Shown here piece by piece: positions 40,256 through 54,311 of a stretch of DNA of 64,000 nt. The notes beneath the pieces were generated by a model. It had not been told where the DNA came from, made no database searches, and saw nothing but the letters and a program-made list of their open reading frames with translations. This DNA is from Eledone cirrhosa (Eukaryota), in NCBI GenBank assembly GCA_964016885.1, contig OZ024742.1:50592001-50656000 (forward strand), read 5' to 3'. The translations under genes and the position numbers were made by a program. How positions within the stretch are numbered: position 1 is the stretch's first letter; every line of letters starts with the position of its first letter.

Positions 40256-41131
40256 TCCCGAGATCCATGAACGAGTTCTCTCCAGCGGTCTCTGTCCCTC
40301 ATTATAGCTGCCATGTCCTGCGTCTCCAACAGACCAGTATCTGTCCTTAGGGCATCAACATACGTTAACCTTGGTCTTCCTCTTCTAGTGTGGTCCATGT
40401 AGGGGCTCCCACAGGAGCAGTGACTGCAATGTCAACTCTGGATGTCGGTGAGCTTGTCCAGCTAACCTCAGTCTCCTCTGTGTCACTTTTGAGCTGACTT
40501 TTGGGAGGCTCCCATACAGCTCTGAGTTTTTCATCCTCAGTGTATACTGATTAATCTTCAGAGCCATCCTCAGCATCTCGTGTAGCATCCATCCACCATC
40601 TGAGTGAGTTTCTTGGTCAGTGTCTAAGTCTCAGACCCGGACAGCAGCACAGACTCCACTACAGCAATGAAGAGGCGGACTTTCAGGTCTTTACGAAGGT
40701 CCGACTTCTACACCGATCTCAAGCTGTGGCACGCCGCCAAGGCTTTGCTCTTCCTCTCAACCACATCATATTCCGTATTCCCAATCTTTGCTCCCAAATA
40801 CAGGAAGTCCTCAACCAATTCTAGCGGCTTCCCGCCTACATTAGTGATCGGCTCTGGCTTCTCAACATTCTCTACCAGATATGTTGTTTTAGTCTCATTC
40901 ATTCTCAGCCCCACACTCTTCGACACAGTCTCAACCTCCTGCATCAAATTATCTGCCTCTTTCATTGTATTTGTCACCAAAACTATGTCATCGGCAAATT
41001 CAGCATCTGATATCTTTTCCGCCTTAACTCTCCTGCTCTGAAACGGTGCTACAGTAAAGCCAGATTCCTTGTGTTTCTCCAGTGTAAGGCGCATACAATA
41101 GACCACTACGATGATAAAAAGGTAGGGAGCC
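40256..41131 (-). mobile_element. RTE-group LINE 3' fragment (RT and C-terminus)
   Basis: LAPYLFIIVV, EFADDIVL, VGLRMNETKT, DFLYLG, RRLRLAGQAHRH, RGRPRLTYVD, MRDRDRWR. Confidence 0.85.
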
Positions 41132-41716
41132 AATGTATATATATATGGAGGGGGGGGGATGTGTGTGTGTGTTTATGTATGAGCGTGTGTGTGTGTGTGT
41201 ATCGATACGTATACACGATGGCAAATCGATTGTTGTAGTTATTTGTTAGTTAATATATAATCACTTTTGTATTGCAACGTAGGTAATTATTTTACTTGTT
41301 TTTAAATCCTTGAAATGTCGGGGATGAATCATTGGGATAATGCTGGACGACCTCATTGCAAGGTCCATATTCGACTCTAGCCACATTAATGTTTTTCTCA
41401 TATATATATATATATGAGAGGGGTTTCCATACAGATTCTCAATCACTTTGCTACGAAGCTATATACTCTAAACATACAATCATATCTGTGACTGTTCATT
41501 TATCCAATTTAATTCAAGTATGTGTCATTGAAAATGAATACAAATTATAAGATTAATCTTATCGCCTGATATAAATTGGTATGTTAGTATAATACTGCAT
41601 TCTCTTGATATATAATTTACTACTATCTTGAGTACCAAGCATGTGATGCCTTTTGATGCAGACTGAAATATCTTCTCTCGACACATACCACATTTACTTT
41701 TATTATAAGTGTAATA

Positions 41717-41904
41717 GGCGGTGGATTGGCTGTATCGGTAGAGGGTCGGACGCCATACTTTGCAGCAAAGAGTTACGGCGCTTTATGGTCTGAGTTCAAA
41801 TCCCGCCGAGGTTAACTTTGCCTTTCATCCTTACGGGGTCGATAAAATAAAGTACCAGTACTGTACTGGGTAATTGCTGGCCTTGTGCCATAAGTAGAAA
41901 CAAT
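41717..41904 (+). mobile_element. tRNA-derived SINE
   Basis: Full-length; agtgtaata on both sides as a probable TSD. Confidence 0.92.
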
Positions 41905-42029
41905 TATTAGTGTAATAGTTAACATTTCTAAATCAATTTTCTACGCTTTGAAAATAAATGTAATTATCCTGTTTAAACAATACATACCCACACGCAGGAA
42001 ACCCCCACCCCCCACACACATACTCACCC

Positions 42030-42062
<33 letters not shown>

Positions 42063-42309
42063 GGTTGGAGACTATCATTTCGCTAACTCTGGAATTACTA
42101 TTTATATCCAAAACTATCTAATATAGTATAACTTATTTAAGACTGGCTAATATTTCAAAACCTATAAAACCACTTTATTTTTTGTGAAATTATTTTGAAT
42201 TCATTATTTTGATGACCTTGTAGGCTTCCCCGGAGATTATCGAATGTACAAGTGGGCGTGAAATATTCCATAGATTTGCCACCGACACAAGGTTAACACC
42301 TATGAGATC

Positions 42310-42970
42310 TAATAGTAAGTACTTCTAACCATTTTATTTGTTGCGTGCTACATTATGTGTGACAGGTGCACATTTCGCAGAAATGGAGGCAAAAATCCTG
42401 GTATTTGAAAATGAGCGATGTCTGTGTTGCCCGTTCAGAGTCAATTTACTTCTCAATTACCTATTCAAAATAGCACGATTTGTCATCCAGGAGAGACCAC
42501 AGCTAATAGCTTTAAATAGTAGAATTACAAAAGATTATAATACAATCTTAAATGAAGGGTCACTATGTATAATCCAGTCGAGTTTCCCTTTGCATTTCAC
42601 CCTTTCTTGGTCGATAAAGATTTACCAGCCCAGGACTGGTGCAATGCTATTTCCACAATCTATTATATTTTGGATATTCTGTTGGATCATAGAATGGTGA
42701 GTTGAGGGAATGTCTCTGTCTACATTGGCAAATAAAATCCTTATGGAATGCATGTTACGTACTACAAAATGAAGACTGATTTCGAGTGACGGCTGTAGTT
42801 TTCTTTTGTTTTGATATGTGTTAACTTGACACTGCACGGTCAACACAAACGTCGCTCATTTTCAATGTTACTAGTACATGACTAGATTTTCGACTACCGT
42901 TACTGCCAAATGTGCAGCTGTTAGACATAACGTTAGCACGTAAGTAATAGAGTAGTTAGAAGTTATCTTT
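42310..42970. mobile_element. Non-autonomous element/MITE with ~130-bp imperfect TIRs
   Basis: cttctaac...cgtgcta...tgcacattt...ttgaaaatgagcga...tgtgttg is mirrored by caacaca...tcgctcattttcaa...aaatgtgca...tagcacg...gttagaag. Confidence 0.6.
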
Positions 42971-44087
42971 ATATAGGTATGTATTACTTCATATATATAT
43001 ATAAGTTAATCAATCAGTTTTAATTACATTCTCCGACGTGTATACATTTGATTATTTGCTTTCCAGAACAGAATGTCTACTTGTCGAAAATAAGAAGCCA
43101 TACAAGTTTATGTAGTTATAGTAATCAGAATTGGATATTAACATGGATGAAGTTAGTGATTGATTAGCATTGTATGAACACTGTCTCTTTAAGAGATAAT
43201 GTGTGCTCATTGTTATATGTATAGAATAGTTTTAATAATGTATTATATTGCAGAGATAATTATTATTTGCTAAAGTGCTTGGATTTGTCAATTGTCAATT
43301 GAACATTTTCCTTACATTTATTGAAAGATCTACTCATACTATTCAGGGTCCTACACTTGATGAAGTCAAATGCAGCCGAAGCTAACCCTGCCTATCATCC
43401 ATCAATGCAGGGTAAATAGAATGATGTGCTGGTCAAGGACTTGCTGCAATTTGTCGATATATATTGATTCGTAATTTCGCCAGGATTTAGACTGATAGTC
43501 ATAAAGCTGTGTCCTGACTTGTTATGCATTTAGCACATTGTGTATTGTTCTTGTTGTATCGTGAACACTAGATATCTGTGGAGTCTTGATATGCATCGTT
43601 ATATTCAACCCCCTGAAACAACTCAAACAATTTTGCTAGTGTTCTTAAAGCTTGGTATTATAAACAATTGAAAGAATATTCCATTGCAGCAATTCCTAAT
43701 TCTCCCATTTTCCTATTTTAGAGCTTCGTACCTTTACAGTTATCACTTTTTTATTCATAATTCTATTATCAATTGAGCAAACACTATCAATTTCCACCCC
43801 AAAACACTACTTCGTTATTCTTAGTATAACAATATCTGTGCCCCAATGCTATATTTGCTTATCCATTTGAGGTCCCACAATTGTTTTACATGGTTATTTC
43901 ATTTTAGAGGAAACGTTCTGATTTGTGGAAGTTGGACTTCTTCGGATATTCAGATATACATCTTTCACACAACCCCCTATGTCATATTGAAGGATGATTG
44001 TAAGGTTCGCTAGTTTGTATCGAGTAAGTATCATGTATTTAGCGACCACAGGCACGAAGGCCTTTTCATTATCACCAGAAAAAGAAC

Positions 44088-44160
<73 letters not shown>

Positions 44161-44503
44161 ATTAGGATTTAGCTTCAATATGGATATGTATCACAATTTC
44201 GTTTTTCTTAAGAAATACGGTCTGTTTATGGATAAACATTTAGAAAGCCGTAGCAATGCAAAGCACATGGGTTATCACCCGCTGGTGCTCTCCAGCAGAA
44301 ACAGGAGGTCTTAACTGGTTATCATCAGGACGGTCTCTTCCATTCTTGCAACTGCTCGACTTGAAATGAGGCGAGAATATATGGAGTTCTCGTCTAGATA
44401 AATGAGGTAATTAATCTCATTTGCATATGCAGTTGCATAAGTTGCCTCAATTTATAATAGAATAACGTTAGGATTTCTCTCTCTCTCTCTCGCTCTCTCT
44501 CGT

Positions 44504-44535
<32 letters not shown>

Positions 44536-44536
44536 G

Positions 44537-44700
<164 letters not shown>

Positions 44701-45276
44701 AAACACATCAAAGCTGCACGTAACACTGTTAAAAGGAGGTTATCTAAAATCTGAATGTGTTTGTTGCAGAAATTCTCCAATGCCACTTACATTTGGTTAC
44801 CATAAATTTCTTTGATATGAAGTTATCTTTCACAGCCATATTGAAATTCATATCTTGATTCTGAACTGATCATATTCTATATAAATTGTTGGAAAATATA
44901 TATGAGACTTGAAATGAGATAAAACATTTGTATAGTTTTGTGGTGTACAGGTAATAGTGTACACAATATTCGGAAGATGATTGTCTTTTTTCCCATTATT
45001 AATTACAAAGTTGTTACCGAGTATATATCCTCAGCATATGACTATCAATTATTCAGGATTATGTGGACAGTTTACCTTCAAAGATATATAGATTTCCGAG
45101 ATTTCGACGCAATAACATATATAAATTCTGAAATATAATATAATTTTAAGTGTAATTACGGGGAAAATGCGGGATCTTTGTACGTTAATACGATAAGTTG
45201 TGTAACTTTATCTAGGTGTTATGAAGTCTCGGCTCGTTTTATTCTGGAAATATAGAAATATAACTTCCTCATATGC

Positions 45277-45325
<49 letters not shown>

Positions 45326-45425
45326 TAATGAAGATTCCGTTGAAAATTGAAAAAGTCATAGGAGTGAAGAGTGCTCTATGTAAGTACCAGAGCAAAATGT
45401 AATGTATAATATACAATACAATATA

Positions 45426-45503
45426 ATTACCTCATTACCAGAGGTTTCCTGAATAAGACGAATACGAAAAAAACGTCCTCATTCGTTCGTCGGACAAGGT
45501 AAT
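45426..45503 (-). ncRNA. Hammerhead-like motif with U4C core substitution
   Basis: attaccttgt CCGACGA ac-gaatgaggacg...cgtcttattc-ag GAAA cc-tct-gg TA atgaggtaat; 10-bp stem I (two G-U) and a long stem II. Confidence 0.6.
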
Positions 45504-46856
45504 ATAAAACATAGTGAAATATTTGGAAAGTCTCCCCAAGAAATGCAAAAAAATATATAAATAAAAGTAATGCAAGAGATATATAAAATATATAAAAAAT
45601 ATAAGAAAATATAGTTAGGTATGTGTATATGTATATACACTCACAAATGTACATATGTATGTACAAATACATGTGTATGGTGAAAATGGTGCGTAAGTAC
45701 ATATATGAGGGCAAGTATATTTGTGTATATGTGACCACAAATACGGATATAATATGAGTTGAAAAAGAAAATGATAATATAGTTGACACGCATCCAGATA
45801 CAGGTATTAGATACACATACGAGTATGAAAGCACGCGTATAAACACACACACACGCGCGGTCACTTATATGCGGAAGATAAAGCGGGAAGGGAGTGTAAT
45901 AGTTAAAACAAAGTGTCATTCTCGATATATGTTTCAAAATGAAACAATATATAAGAATGAAAACAATTTTAAATGAAAGAGAAAGTAGTCAATTAACACT
46001 AGAGAAAAGAAAACAAACATAGGTACGCACGTACATACACATATATCTATAAAAAAATATTTATACACGAAATACGTACAGACAAGAGCGCATGCATGCG
46101 TACATACATACACACGATGCACGTATATATATATATATCGCCCCATGTATATCTAATCACACGTACGTACGCGACTATATATACACGCACGCGCACGTAC
46201 GGAGGCGTTCGTGTACATATACAGAACGTATACACACGTAAAGACACTCAGACACATAGATACAGAGTATAAAGCAGCCTTATGAATAAATGAATAGAAA
46301 TATAAAATCGGCTGTGAAACAACAGAATATATCTGGAGTGGAAAACGCAAGTGATTCTGTAAAGAAAATAGGGATGTAAAATGTGGAATGTGAAGATATT
46401 AGGTAAGTGAATCGAAGAGTAGAGGGGGGGGGGGGGTTACTGGTGGATGTATATATATATATACATGTATATATATATATATATACATACATAAATATGT
46501 GTGTGTGTTTGTGTTTGTGTTTGTGTTTGTGTGTGTTTGTGTATGTAATCTATTTTTAGAAGATTTTAAGAATATTTGCAAATTCAAGAAAATATATATT
46601 TATGAAAATAAGGTAAACGCTCCAGCTTGGTATTTAGTTTAAAATGTAGTTTATTATGCTGGGTTTATTAGACATCACTAACAGACAACACATTTCGGAG
46701 CGTTGCTCTTAGAATTCATCCCACACTTGTACTATGTTTATGGCGAATATGCTACCATTTACCCGAATGTAAGCTAAACATGTTCTTTATATGTCAAGGC
46801 TTATATTCTTTGGTCAGTATACAAAGAATCACGTTATAGAAATGTTAAAAATATAT

Positions 46857-47040
46857 AATTGTTTCTACTTTTGGCACAAGGCCAGCAATTATCCAGTGTA
46901 TTACTGGTACACTATTTTATCGATCCCTTAAAGATTAAAGGCAAAGTTAACCTCGGCGGGATTTGAACTCAGAATGGAAAGGGCCGTAAATCTTTGCGTC
47001 AAAGCATGGCGTCCGACCCTCTACCGATACTGCCAATCCA
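46857..47040 (-). mobile_element. tRNA-derived SINE
   Basis: Near full-length family match. Confidence 0.9.
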
Positions 47041-47327
47041 AGATATAATGCTTTTGAAAATGTATTAACAACTTAAACTGAGGATTTTAACTACGAAACC
47101 GAATTAAACCAGTGGGAATATTACCCCATAGAAACATAAAATATATAAAGCGTCCTTCGTCTGAAATATAGGCTCAACAAAACAACAATATTGACCGGGA
47201 TGGGGACTAATATAAATATATATATATATATATACTGTAAGTGATATATACCGAAGTGATATTATAAGTCAATCAAGTAAAACAAGTATTTCGAATTTAA
47301 ATCTTTTGTGGTAAATTATTATTTAGG

Positions 47328-47366
<39 letters not shown>

Positions 47367-47779
47367 TACGTACACACACACACATGTGCCGCACACACAC
47401 ATGTGCCGCACACACACATGTGCCGCACACATACACGCACACACACATATATATATATTTCAATCATATCTCATTTTGTTTGACCCGTTTTAGCTTGTTC
47501 GCTTTTTTGGCTATGGGGGTTAATGGCTTCTTAACCATCGTCTCAACGTGTATGACCTTTTAAACTTATGTTTATAGCGCTGGTATCTTCTTCAGTTCCA
47601 TCGATGTGTGTCAGCACAATATGGAAGTTGCGTTTCGCTAATTTCTACCCGCCGAAATGCGATTCTCGCTAAATTATATTTATTAATTCTGGCAATATTA
47701 CGCAAATATGACCCTCCCCAAATATAACAATATCTGTTTCGACACACGATTTCATATAAAAAACCTCGCAAAACTAATA

Positions 47780-47821
<42 letters not shown>

Positions 47822-48259
47822 AGAATATTGAAGTTTGCTTGAAGCATTGTGGAACAATAAGTAAATATTTATAAGTCGTTTGGAAGTCTCGACAATGCAA
47901 ATGGGTAAATCTCCGGGTAACAAGGTCCGGTGGTGGAGAGAGAGATATGTAAGTGGGTGTACGTTGAGATGCGTGGTGTGTATAAGATGTGTGAGATGTG
48001 TAGAATGAAGGGAAGAGTAAAAGAATAAAAATAATAATAACAACACAAGAGAGAGAGTTACCTTGGGAGAGATTTAATAGTCCCTATATATTTCGGATTC
48101 ACATCCATCAACTGGGGTTTTTTACGGGGTGGGGGAAAAGCTTGCCTGTCGGACAACTCGGAACGCATCTTTCGCTGTCTGTTGATTTGAATATCTGAGG
48201 TATTTGGCCGAGCGCGCGTGCGCGTGAAATGGGGTCGGTCGTACAGAGGTCAGCGGCCG

Positions 48260-48338
<79 letters not shown>

Positions 48339-48339
48339 G

Positions 48340-48805
48340 TAAACGGAATAGAAAATGCTGACAAATTGTTCACAGTTGAAAAGTGGTTTAATTAGGAATA
48401 AAAGAGTATTAGTGATTGTATGGGTTAGTATTCAGTTGTGGTTTTAAGTTTTTAAGTTTTTACCGGTTGCGCATTTCTAAATGCTTTTCAAAAATAATTT
48501 TGAGTTAGAGTGTCCGTGTTGTTTGCTCTGATCTGATTAGTTTTGGGAATTCTACCTGTTTTTATGTTAAAAAAGTGGCTCCAGCGTTACTTTGGTGTTG
48601 CAAAAATTCTTGTGGTCAAAGCAATTTTGATTGGTCGGTAGAGGTCATGTGAATGTAAAAAATTGATTTTGCGCCAAGACTGTTTTTATGTTAAAAAAGT
48701 GGCTCCAGCGCTACTTGGTGTTTGCAAAAATTCTTGTGGTCAAAACAATTTTGATTGGACGGTAGAGGTCTTGTGAATAAAAAAATTGGTTTTGCGCCAA
48801 GATTG
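48340..48805 (-). mobile_element. Non-coding repeat with variant HHR (48456-48496) and an internal ~124-bp tandem duplication
   Basis: Minus strand TTGAAAA gcattt-ag-aaatgc GCAA ccgg TA. ctgtttttatgttaaaaaagtggctccagcg occurs at 48556 and 48680. Related to 10415-10605 and more distantly to 49705-50908. Confidence 0.7.
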
Positions 48806-49294
48806 AGAAATGACTCTTTCACAACAAATATGTGTGTGTGTGTGTGTAGTAGTAGTAAGGTGTTCGATGTTGTGATAATTGTTAGCAGGGATGTGTGTCA
48901 AATGGCTATTAAGATAAGTGTGTGTGTGTGTGTGTGTGTATATAGCAGAGTAATTCGTGGTAGCAGGGATGGTCAGTAAGAATGTGTCTGAAAGCAATGG
49001 GGCGTATTTTAGCATGTCAAAAGATATTTTTTCACCTTTTGTCTTATACGGAGAAGTGCGTGTGTGTGTATGTGTGTATAAGTCTCTTTGTATGTTAATG
49101 TACGCGTGTGTATGTGTGTGTGTATATATATGTGTGTGTGTGTGTGGGTGGAACAGTATTTTTTTCCCCCTGGTAAAATGATGTACATTATTCGATTTTT
49201 TCAGTAAAATCGGTTCTCTTAATTGAATATCAAAAATTTTAACAATAAAAGGTGTGAAATGATATTCACTATATATATATACATATACATATAT

Positions 49295-49340
<46 letters not shown>

Positions 49341-49390
49341 CACATATATTTTTTTGTGTAGCACCATAGAGCATGTGTGTTTACGTATGT

Positions 49391-49450
<60 letters not shown>

Positions 49451-49776
49451 ACAATATACATTTATATATGTATATATTGAGTGTTGGAAGACCACAAGTC
49501 AAATAGTACTTGAGGCAATGAGGAATGCAGAATGTGTATATTAATGAAGTAGTGATTCGACCGCGGGATCTTGGGATTCTGCTAGAACTCATGGTCTAAT
49601 CTATATCTCAGTAATATATATATATATATATATATATTAGAAAGTGAGGTGTTTTTTTACAAAATGAAAAATAACCAAGGTGTCCTACACGAGTGAAAGT
49701 ATAAAGAAAAAAAGATGAAATCGAAAATGCAACTGGAGTCTTATTTTTTAAAAGAAAATATATATTTATTTGGTTC

Positions 49777-49812
49777 CTTTACCGGTTTCGCAGTTCTTCT
49801 GCTTTTCAAAAG
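49777..49812 (-). ncRNA. Minimal hammerhead ribozyme, U3-A8 core variant
   Basis: ctt TTGAAAA gcag-aagaa-ctgc GAAA ccgg TA aag; palindromic ACCGGT stem III; stem I is short. Confidence 0.65.
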
Positions 49813-50801
49813 TAGAATTGAGATGGAGGGTCTGTGGTTTTTCTCACATCTGGTTGGTCTTTGATTGTTACTTATTTTATATGGAGAAAAGTGGCTCGAA
49901 ATGCCATGTTTTTAGAGAAGTAATTTGATTAGTTGGTCAATAAGTATAATAAGATTCGCGCCAGTTCGCGTTACAAAGCTCTTCAAACAAGGGGTGGGGG
50001 GGACTCAGGTTGTTTTTTCATATATGAGTGTTTGAATTTCTTTTTACTTAAAAAAAGGGGCTCATGAAGGCTTTTTTTATAAATGTAATTTGATTGGTTA
50101 TAAATGAAATTATGGCTATCACGTAAACAAGTTCATTAAATTTAGCACCCGTATTTGGGAATTTATTTTGTAACCTTTTAGAGAATTTTATGACAAACAA
50201 AAGATAATGGTCAAGAGAAATGGGATGGGAGAATTGTTCTGGTTCAGTGAATATAGCAGGTTTTTTGGTTGGTAGTCATATATGAATGAAGTGTGGTTGA
50301 ATGAAGTTTGGTTGGTAGTCACGTGAATAAGTAAATCAGCTTTCGCGTAAGTTTGTTTGAATTTCTTTTTTTTCTTTAAAAAAATTGCCTCACGAAGGCT
50401 TTTTTTAAAATAAATATAATTTGATTGGTTATAAATGAAAGTTCATTAAATTTCGCGCCCGTATTTGTGAATTTATTTTGTAGCCTTTTAGAGAATTTTA
50501 TGACAAAAGATAACCAATCAAATTACATTTATAAAAAAAAAGCCTTCGTGACGCCCTTCTTTTAAGTAAAAAGAAATTAAAACACTCATATATAGAAAAA
50601 CAACCTGAGCCCGCCTCCCTCCTTGTTTGAAAAACTTTGTAACGCGAACTGGCGCGAAATTTATTATACTTATTGACCAACCAATCAAATTACTTCTCTA
50701 AAAACTTGGCGTTTCGAGCCACTTTTTTCCATATAAAACAAGTATCATTCAAAGACCAACTAGATGTGAGAAAAAACCTCAGACGCTGCATCTCAACTCT
50801 A

Positions 50802-50837
50802 CTTTTGAAAAGCAGAAGAACTGCGAAAGGGGTAAAG
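50802..50837 (+). ncRNA. Minimal hammerhead ribozyme, U3-A8 core variant (loop III mutated to gggg)
   Basis: ctt TTGAAAA gcag-aagaa-ctgc GAAA gggg TA aag. Confidence 0.55.
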
Positions 50838-51267
50838 AAACAAAATAAATATATATATTTCTTTTAAAATAAGACTCCAGTTGCATTTTCGATTTCATCT
50901 TTTTTTCTATATATATATATAGAGAGAGAGATAAATATACATGGGTGTGTATGATTGTGTCTAGAAGATTATATTAATAAAAGGAATTCCAACTTTGTCT
51001 GATTTACTCGTTTTATTTACAATCCTTTAAAATTATTTTTGTTTCAGCAAATACCCATCTCTACTTATAGAAAATGGCATACAGCGTGTAATAAAAATAC
51101 CTATACAACAACTTAGGACAACGCAAGGAAGAAGAAACCAAGAACTGGTCATACCATTTATAATGACACACAACCCATGTCACCAGAATATCTACAACAC
51201 TGCCAAAGCAAACCTACCGGTCATTGCTCAAAGTAATTAATTAAAAGGCTTAATCACAGATCGATCT

Positions 51268-51744
51268 TTGACTATTAGTAAAAGACAGCCGAAAAATTTG
51301 AAGCAATTACTAACAAAAGCAAAGTTTGACCTTAACAACAAAGACCAATCATTCACTGTATCTAAATGCAATGATAGTCGATGTGGCACATGTCAATCCA
51401 TACACGCCGGTCAATATATGAAAACAAAAACTGGAAAAATATTCCCAAATGCAAATATGAACTGCAAAAGCAGAAATCTATTTTACATTAAATGCCCGAA
51501 TTGTGAAGAACTATATGTCGGTGAAACGGGAAATGAACTATCGGAACGCGCACGAGTCCACCGACAGAAAATCAGAGACCCAAATGTCCGTCAGATAGCC
51601 CTGAGTAACCATCTAGCAACATGTGGTCAGAGAATATTTATAATATTCCCATTCTACAAATTACACAGCCCAAGTGAAATCAAGAGAAAAATCAAAGAAA
51701 AGAATTTTATTGATAAATTCCAACAAAAGCTAAATGAACAATAA
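51268..51744 (+). pseudogene. PLE linker + GIY-YIG endonuclease
   Basis: KRQPKNLKQLL, C...RCGTC, NCKSRNLFYIKCPNCEELYVGETG..L..R...H, HL..C, KEKNFI..F...LN; upstream stop and no RT core. Confidence 0.88.
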
Positions 51745-52096
51745 TAATGGGGTATTAATCCTACTATGACTATGACTTCGACCACTAAAAACAACAACAA
51801 CAATAATAATAATAAAAGTGATGTTCATGGTGATCATTACTAGAAAATGGTAGTTTCATCATTTCTAAAAATAGCAAAACAATTGATGCATTGGATAGGG
51901 TAAATTAGTAGTCGTTAGACATGCTCAACCAGCCGTGACGCCTAAACCAATCAGCTTTATTAATCCACTGAAACTTGGTCGAAATACAGTTTGCAAGATT
52001 TAGTATTCTGTAGCCACTTTTCACTGTATATAAGGCACACAATTTACCCATCACATTCGAGTTAAAAATTGGAAACTTGACTGTCACCACAGAATA

Positions 52097-52135
52097 TGAA
52101 CCTGACGATTGCGAAAGCATGAAAGTATTTGTTCA
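52097..52135 (+). ncRNA. Minimal hammerhead ribozyme in the PLE 3' region
   Basis: tgaac CTGACGA t-tgc-gaaa-gca-t GAAA gtat TT gttca; perfect 5-bp stem I. Confidence 0.75.
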
Positions 52136-52251
52136 ATTAACACTTAACATTTAATATTCTACCATACTATTTCATGCTAATACCATTATACATTTTAAAG
52201 GATTGTAAATGAAACGAGTAAATCAGACGAAGTTGGAATTCCATTTATAAC

Positions 52252-52310
<59 letters not shown>

Positions 52311-52311
52311 T

Positions 52312-52408
<97 letters not shown>

Positions 52409-52429
52409 GTGTGTGTGTGTGTGTGTGCT

Positions 52430-52467
<38 letters not shown>

Positions 52468-52509
52468 TAATGGTGATAAAGAGGAGTCCGTGATGCATCA
52501 CAGTTTATT

Positions 52510-52603
52510 AACATATTACACATGTTTCTCCGACGATCAGCTCACGGCGGAATATATTATAGATCGAACCTGACTCTGCATTGACAAGGTCCTCAGACAT
52601 GTT
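52510..52603 (-). ncRNA. Type I hammerhead motif with long, poorly paired stem II
   Basis: aacatgt CTGAGGA ...~60 nt... GAAA catgtg TA atatgtt; sits in a ~200-nt island between (TA)n tracts. Confidence 0.55.
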
Positions 52604-52660
52604 TATCGTTTTTAAGGCATTTTATTTGACTTTTATTGCAACCTTACAACAACTGTATAG

Positions 52661-52722
<62 letters not shown>

Positions 52723-53668
52723 TTATATATACACACTGTTTATAATAAAGATAGAAATGTGAGTAAGAGTTAAACAGATAGATTTATGTATAAGATGGAA
52801 GGATAAAAGGTTACGCACATTTCATTCGTTTTAACTCGATTAATTCCGAAGCTCAAATCACATGCACGTTTACAATAGATTTCTTCTAAACTGACGTTGT
52901 TACGAAAAAGAAAATAAAACATATTTAAAGATATTTTTTTTTATTTTCTCTTAGCGCTCCAAAGACATGGATTAATTGACGGCAAACATACTGCGGATTT
53001 AAACTGAATTATCTGACGTCACAACATGTACCAGTTGGGAATAACAGGCATTATTGAACAATTATTGATTGTTCCATAAACACACGCACACTGAAACACA
53101 CACGGACGCAAAAAACGGATAAATCAACACAAAGACTATGTTCGTTTTGCTCCTACAATAATATTAAGTCATTTACGATAACCACTATTGAAAATATAAT
53201 TAAGTTTGTTTGGTTCTTTCTTTATATTGGAAATGACAGAGGCTTTACATTTAATCTGACAATCATATGGGTTTTGTAGGCTCTTGGGAAATTCCTAGAA
53301 CATACAAACATTTACTATAGTTCATATAGTACAGTGTCGCATACTTCAACACACGTTTCTGATTCGTAGCTGCCTGTACAATTTATCTGCTTATTGTTTC
53401 ATATAATGCTACCTTATAGAAAAAATAAAATCTAACTCGTCATGTATAAACACAAATGTCTGCTCCTGGTATTAAGCCTCCCGCAAAAATATAGGTAAAC
53501 GAGATATCTCTATCACCGGGATCGCCCTGTAATTGCAAATTTAACCCCAAATATCCATAATTATCATAATTATTTTGAACCGACTTTTCTTTAGGGCTAC
53601 ACATAAATGATTGGTTCCGTGGGATTTGATGGTAAGCATGTGTTGGAAACATAACAATAATAATAATA

Positions 53669-54311
53669 AGGATCTGTGGAGAGAGAGAGAGGAGACTGTG
53701 GCTCACATTGTATCCGAGTGTAAACACATAGCTTTGTCTCACTATAAAGGCTGGAGACATGATGTAATGGGCAGGGTGATCCACTGGCACCTATGCAAAG
53801 TAAACAATTTACCACATTCTGAGAAGTGGTATGAGCATAAGCCAGAGTCGGTGATAGAAAACGATCAGGTGAAGGTGCTGTGGGATTTTAGGATACAGAC
53901 GGACAAGAAACTGGAATACAATTGGCCTGACCAGGTGGTTTTGGACAAGGAAAAAAGATCGTGCCTGGATGTAGATGTAGCCTGCCCATTTGACACGAAC
54001 ATGCAAGAAAAGGAGAGGGAGAAAATCAACCGATACCAGATTTAAAGTGGGAGGTAAAAAGAATGTTGAACTGCCATGAAGTCAGAGTCGTCCCGATTGT
54101 CATAGGCGCACTAGGTACTATCTCATAGCGTTTCCAAGGATGGTTAAAGAAAATTAGTCCGGCCCCGCTTTTTGGAACACTTCAAAAGGCATGCTTGCAG
54201 GGAACAGCAAGAGCAACTCCGATAGGTCCTAAATATCTGAGGCTGCAGGTAGCGGCTTGATATTCATTTCAACAAACTTTCCACTTAAATAACATCAATG
54301 ACTGAGACTCA

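Larger units (their letters stand above)
49705..50908. mobile_element. Head-to-head inverted non-coding element with one U3-A8 hammerhead per arm
   Basis: 49705-50100 is the reverse complement of ~50510-50908; ~50055-50200 is duplicated at ~50385-50512; (TA)n lies nearby on both sides. Confidence 0.8.
50965..52252 (+). mobile_element. 5'-truncated Penelope-like element with inverted copy of its 3' end
   Basis: ggaattccaactttgtctgatttactcgttttatttacaatcctttaaaa (~50983-51032) mirrors 52192-52241; a GIY-YIG ORF and an HHR lie between. Confidence 0.88.

Noticed and set aside
48078-48120. Further HHR-like traces (also ~49548-49596)
   Set aside because: Stem II and GAAA-like halves are visible, but the CUGANGA core is too degraded to call.
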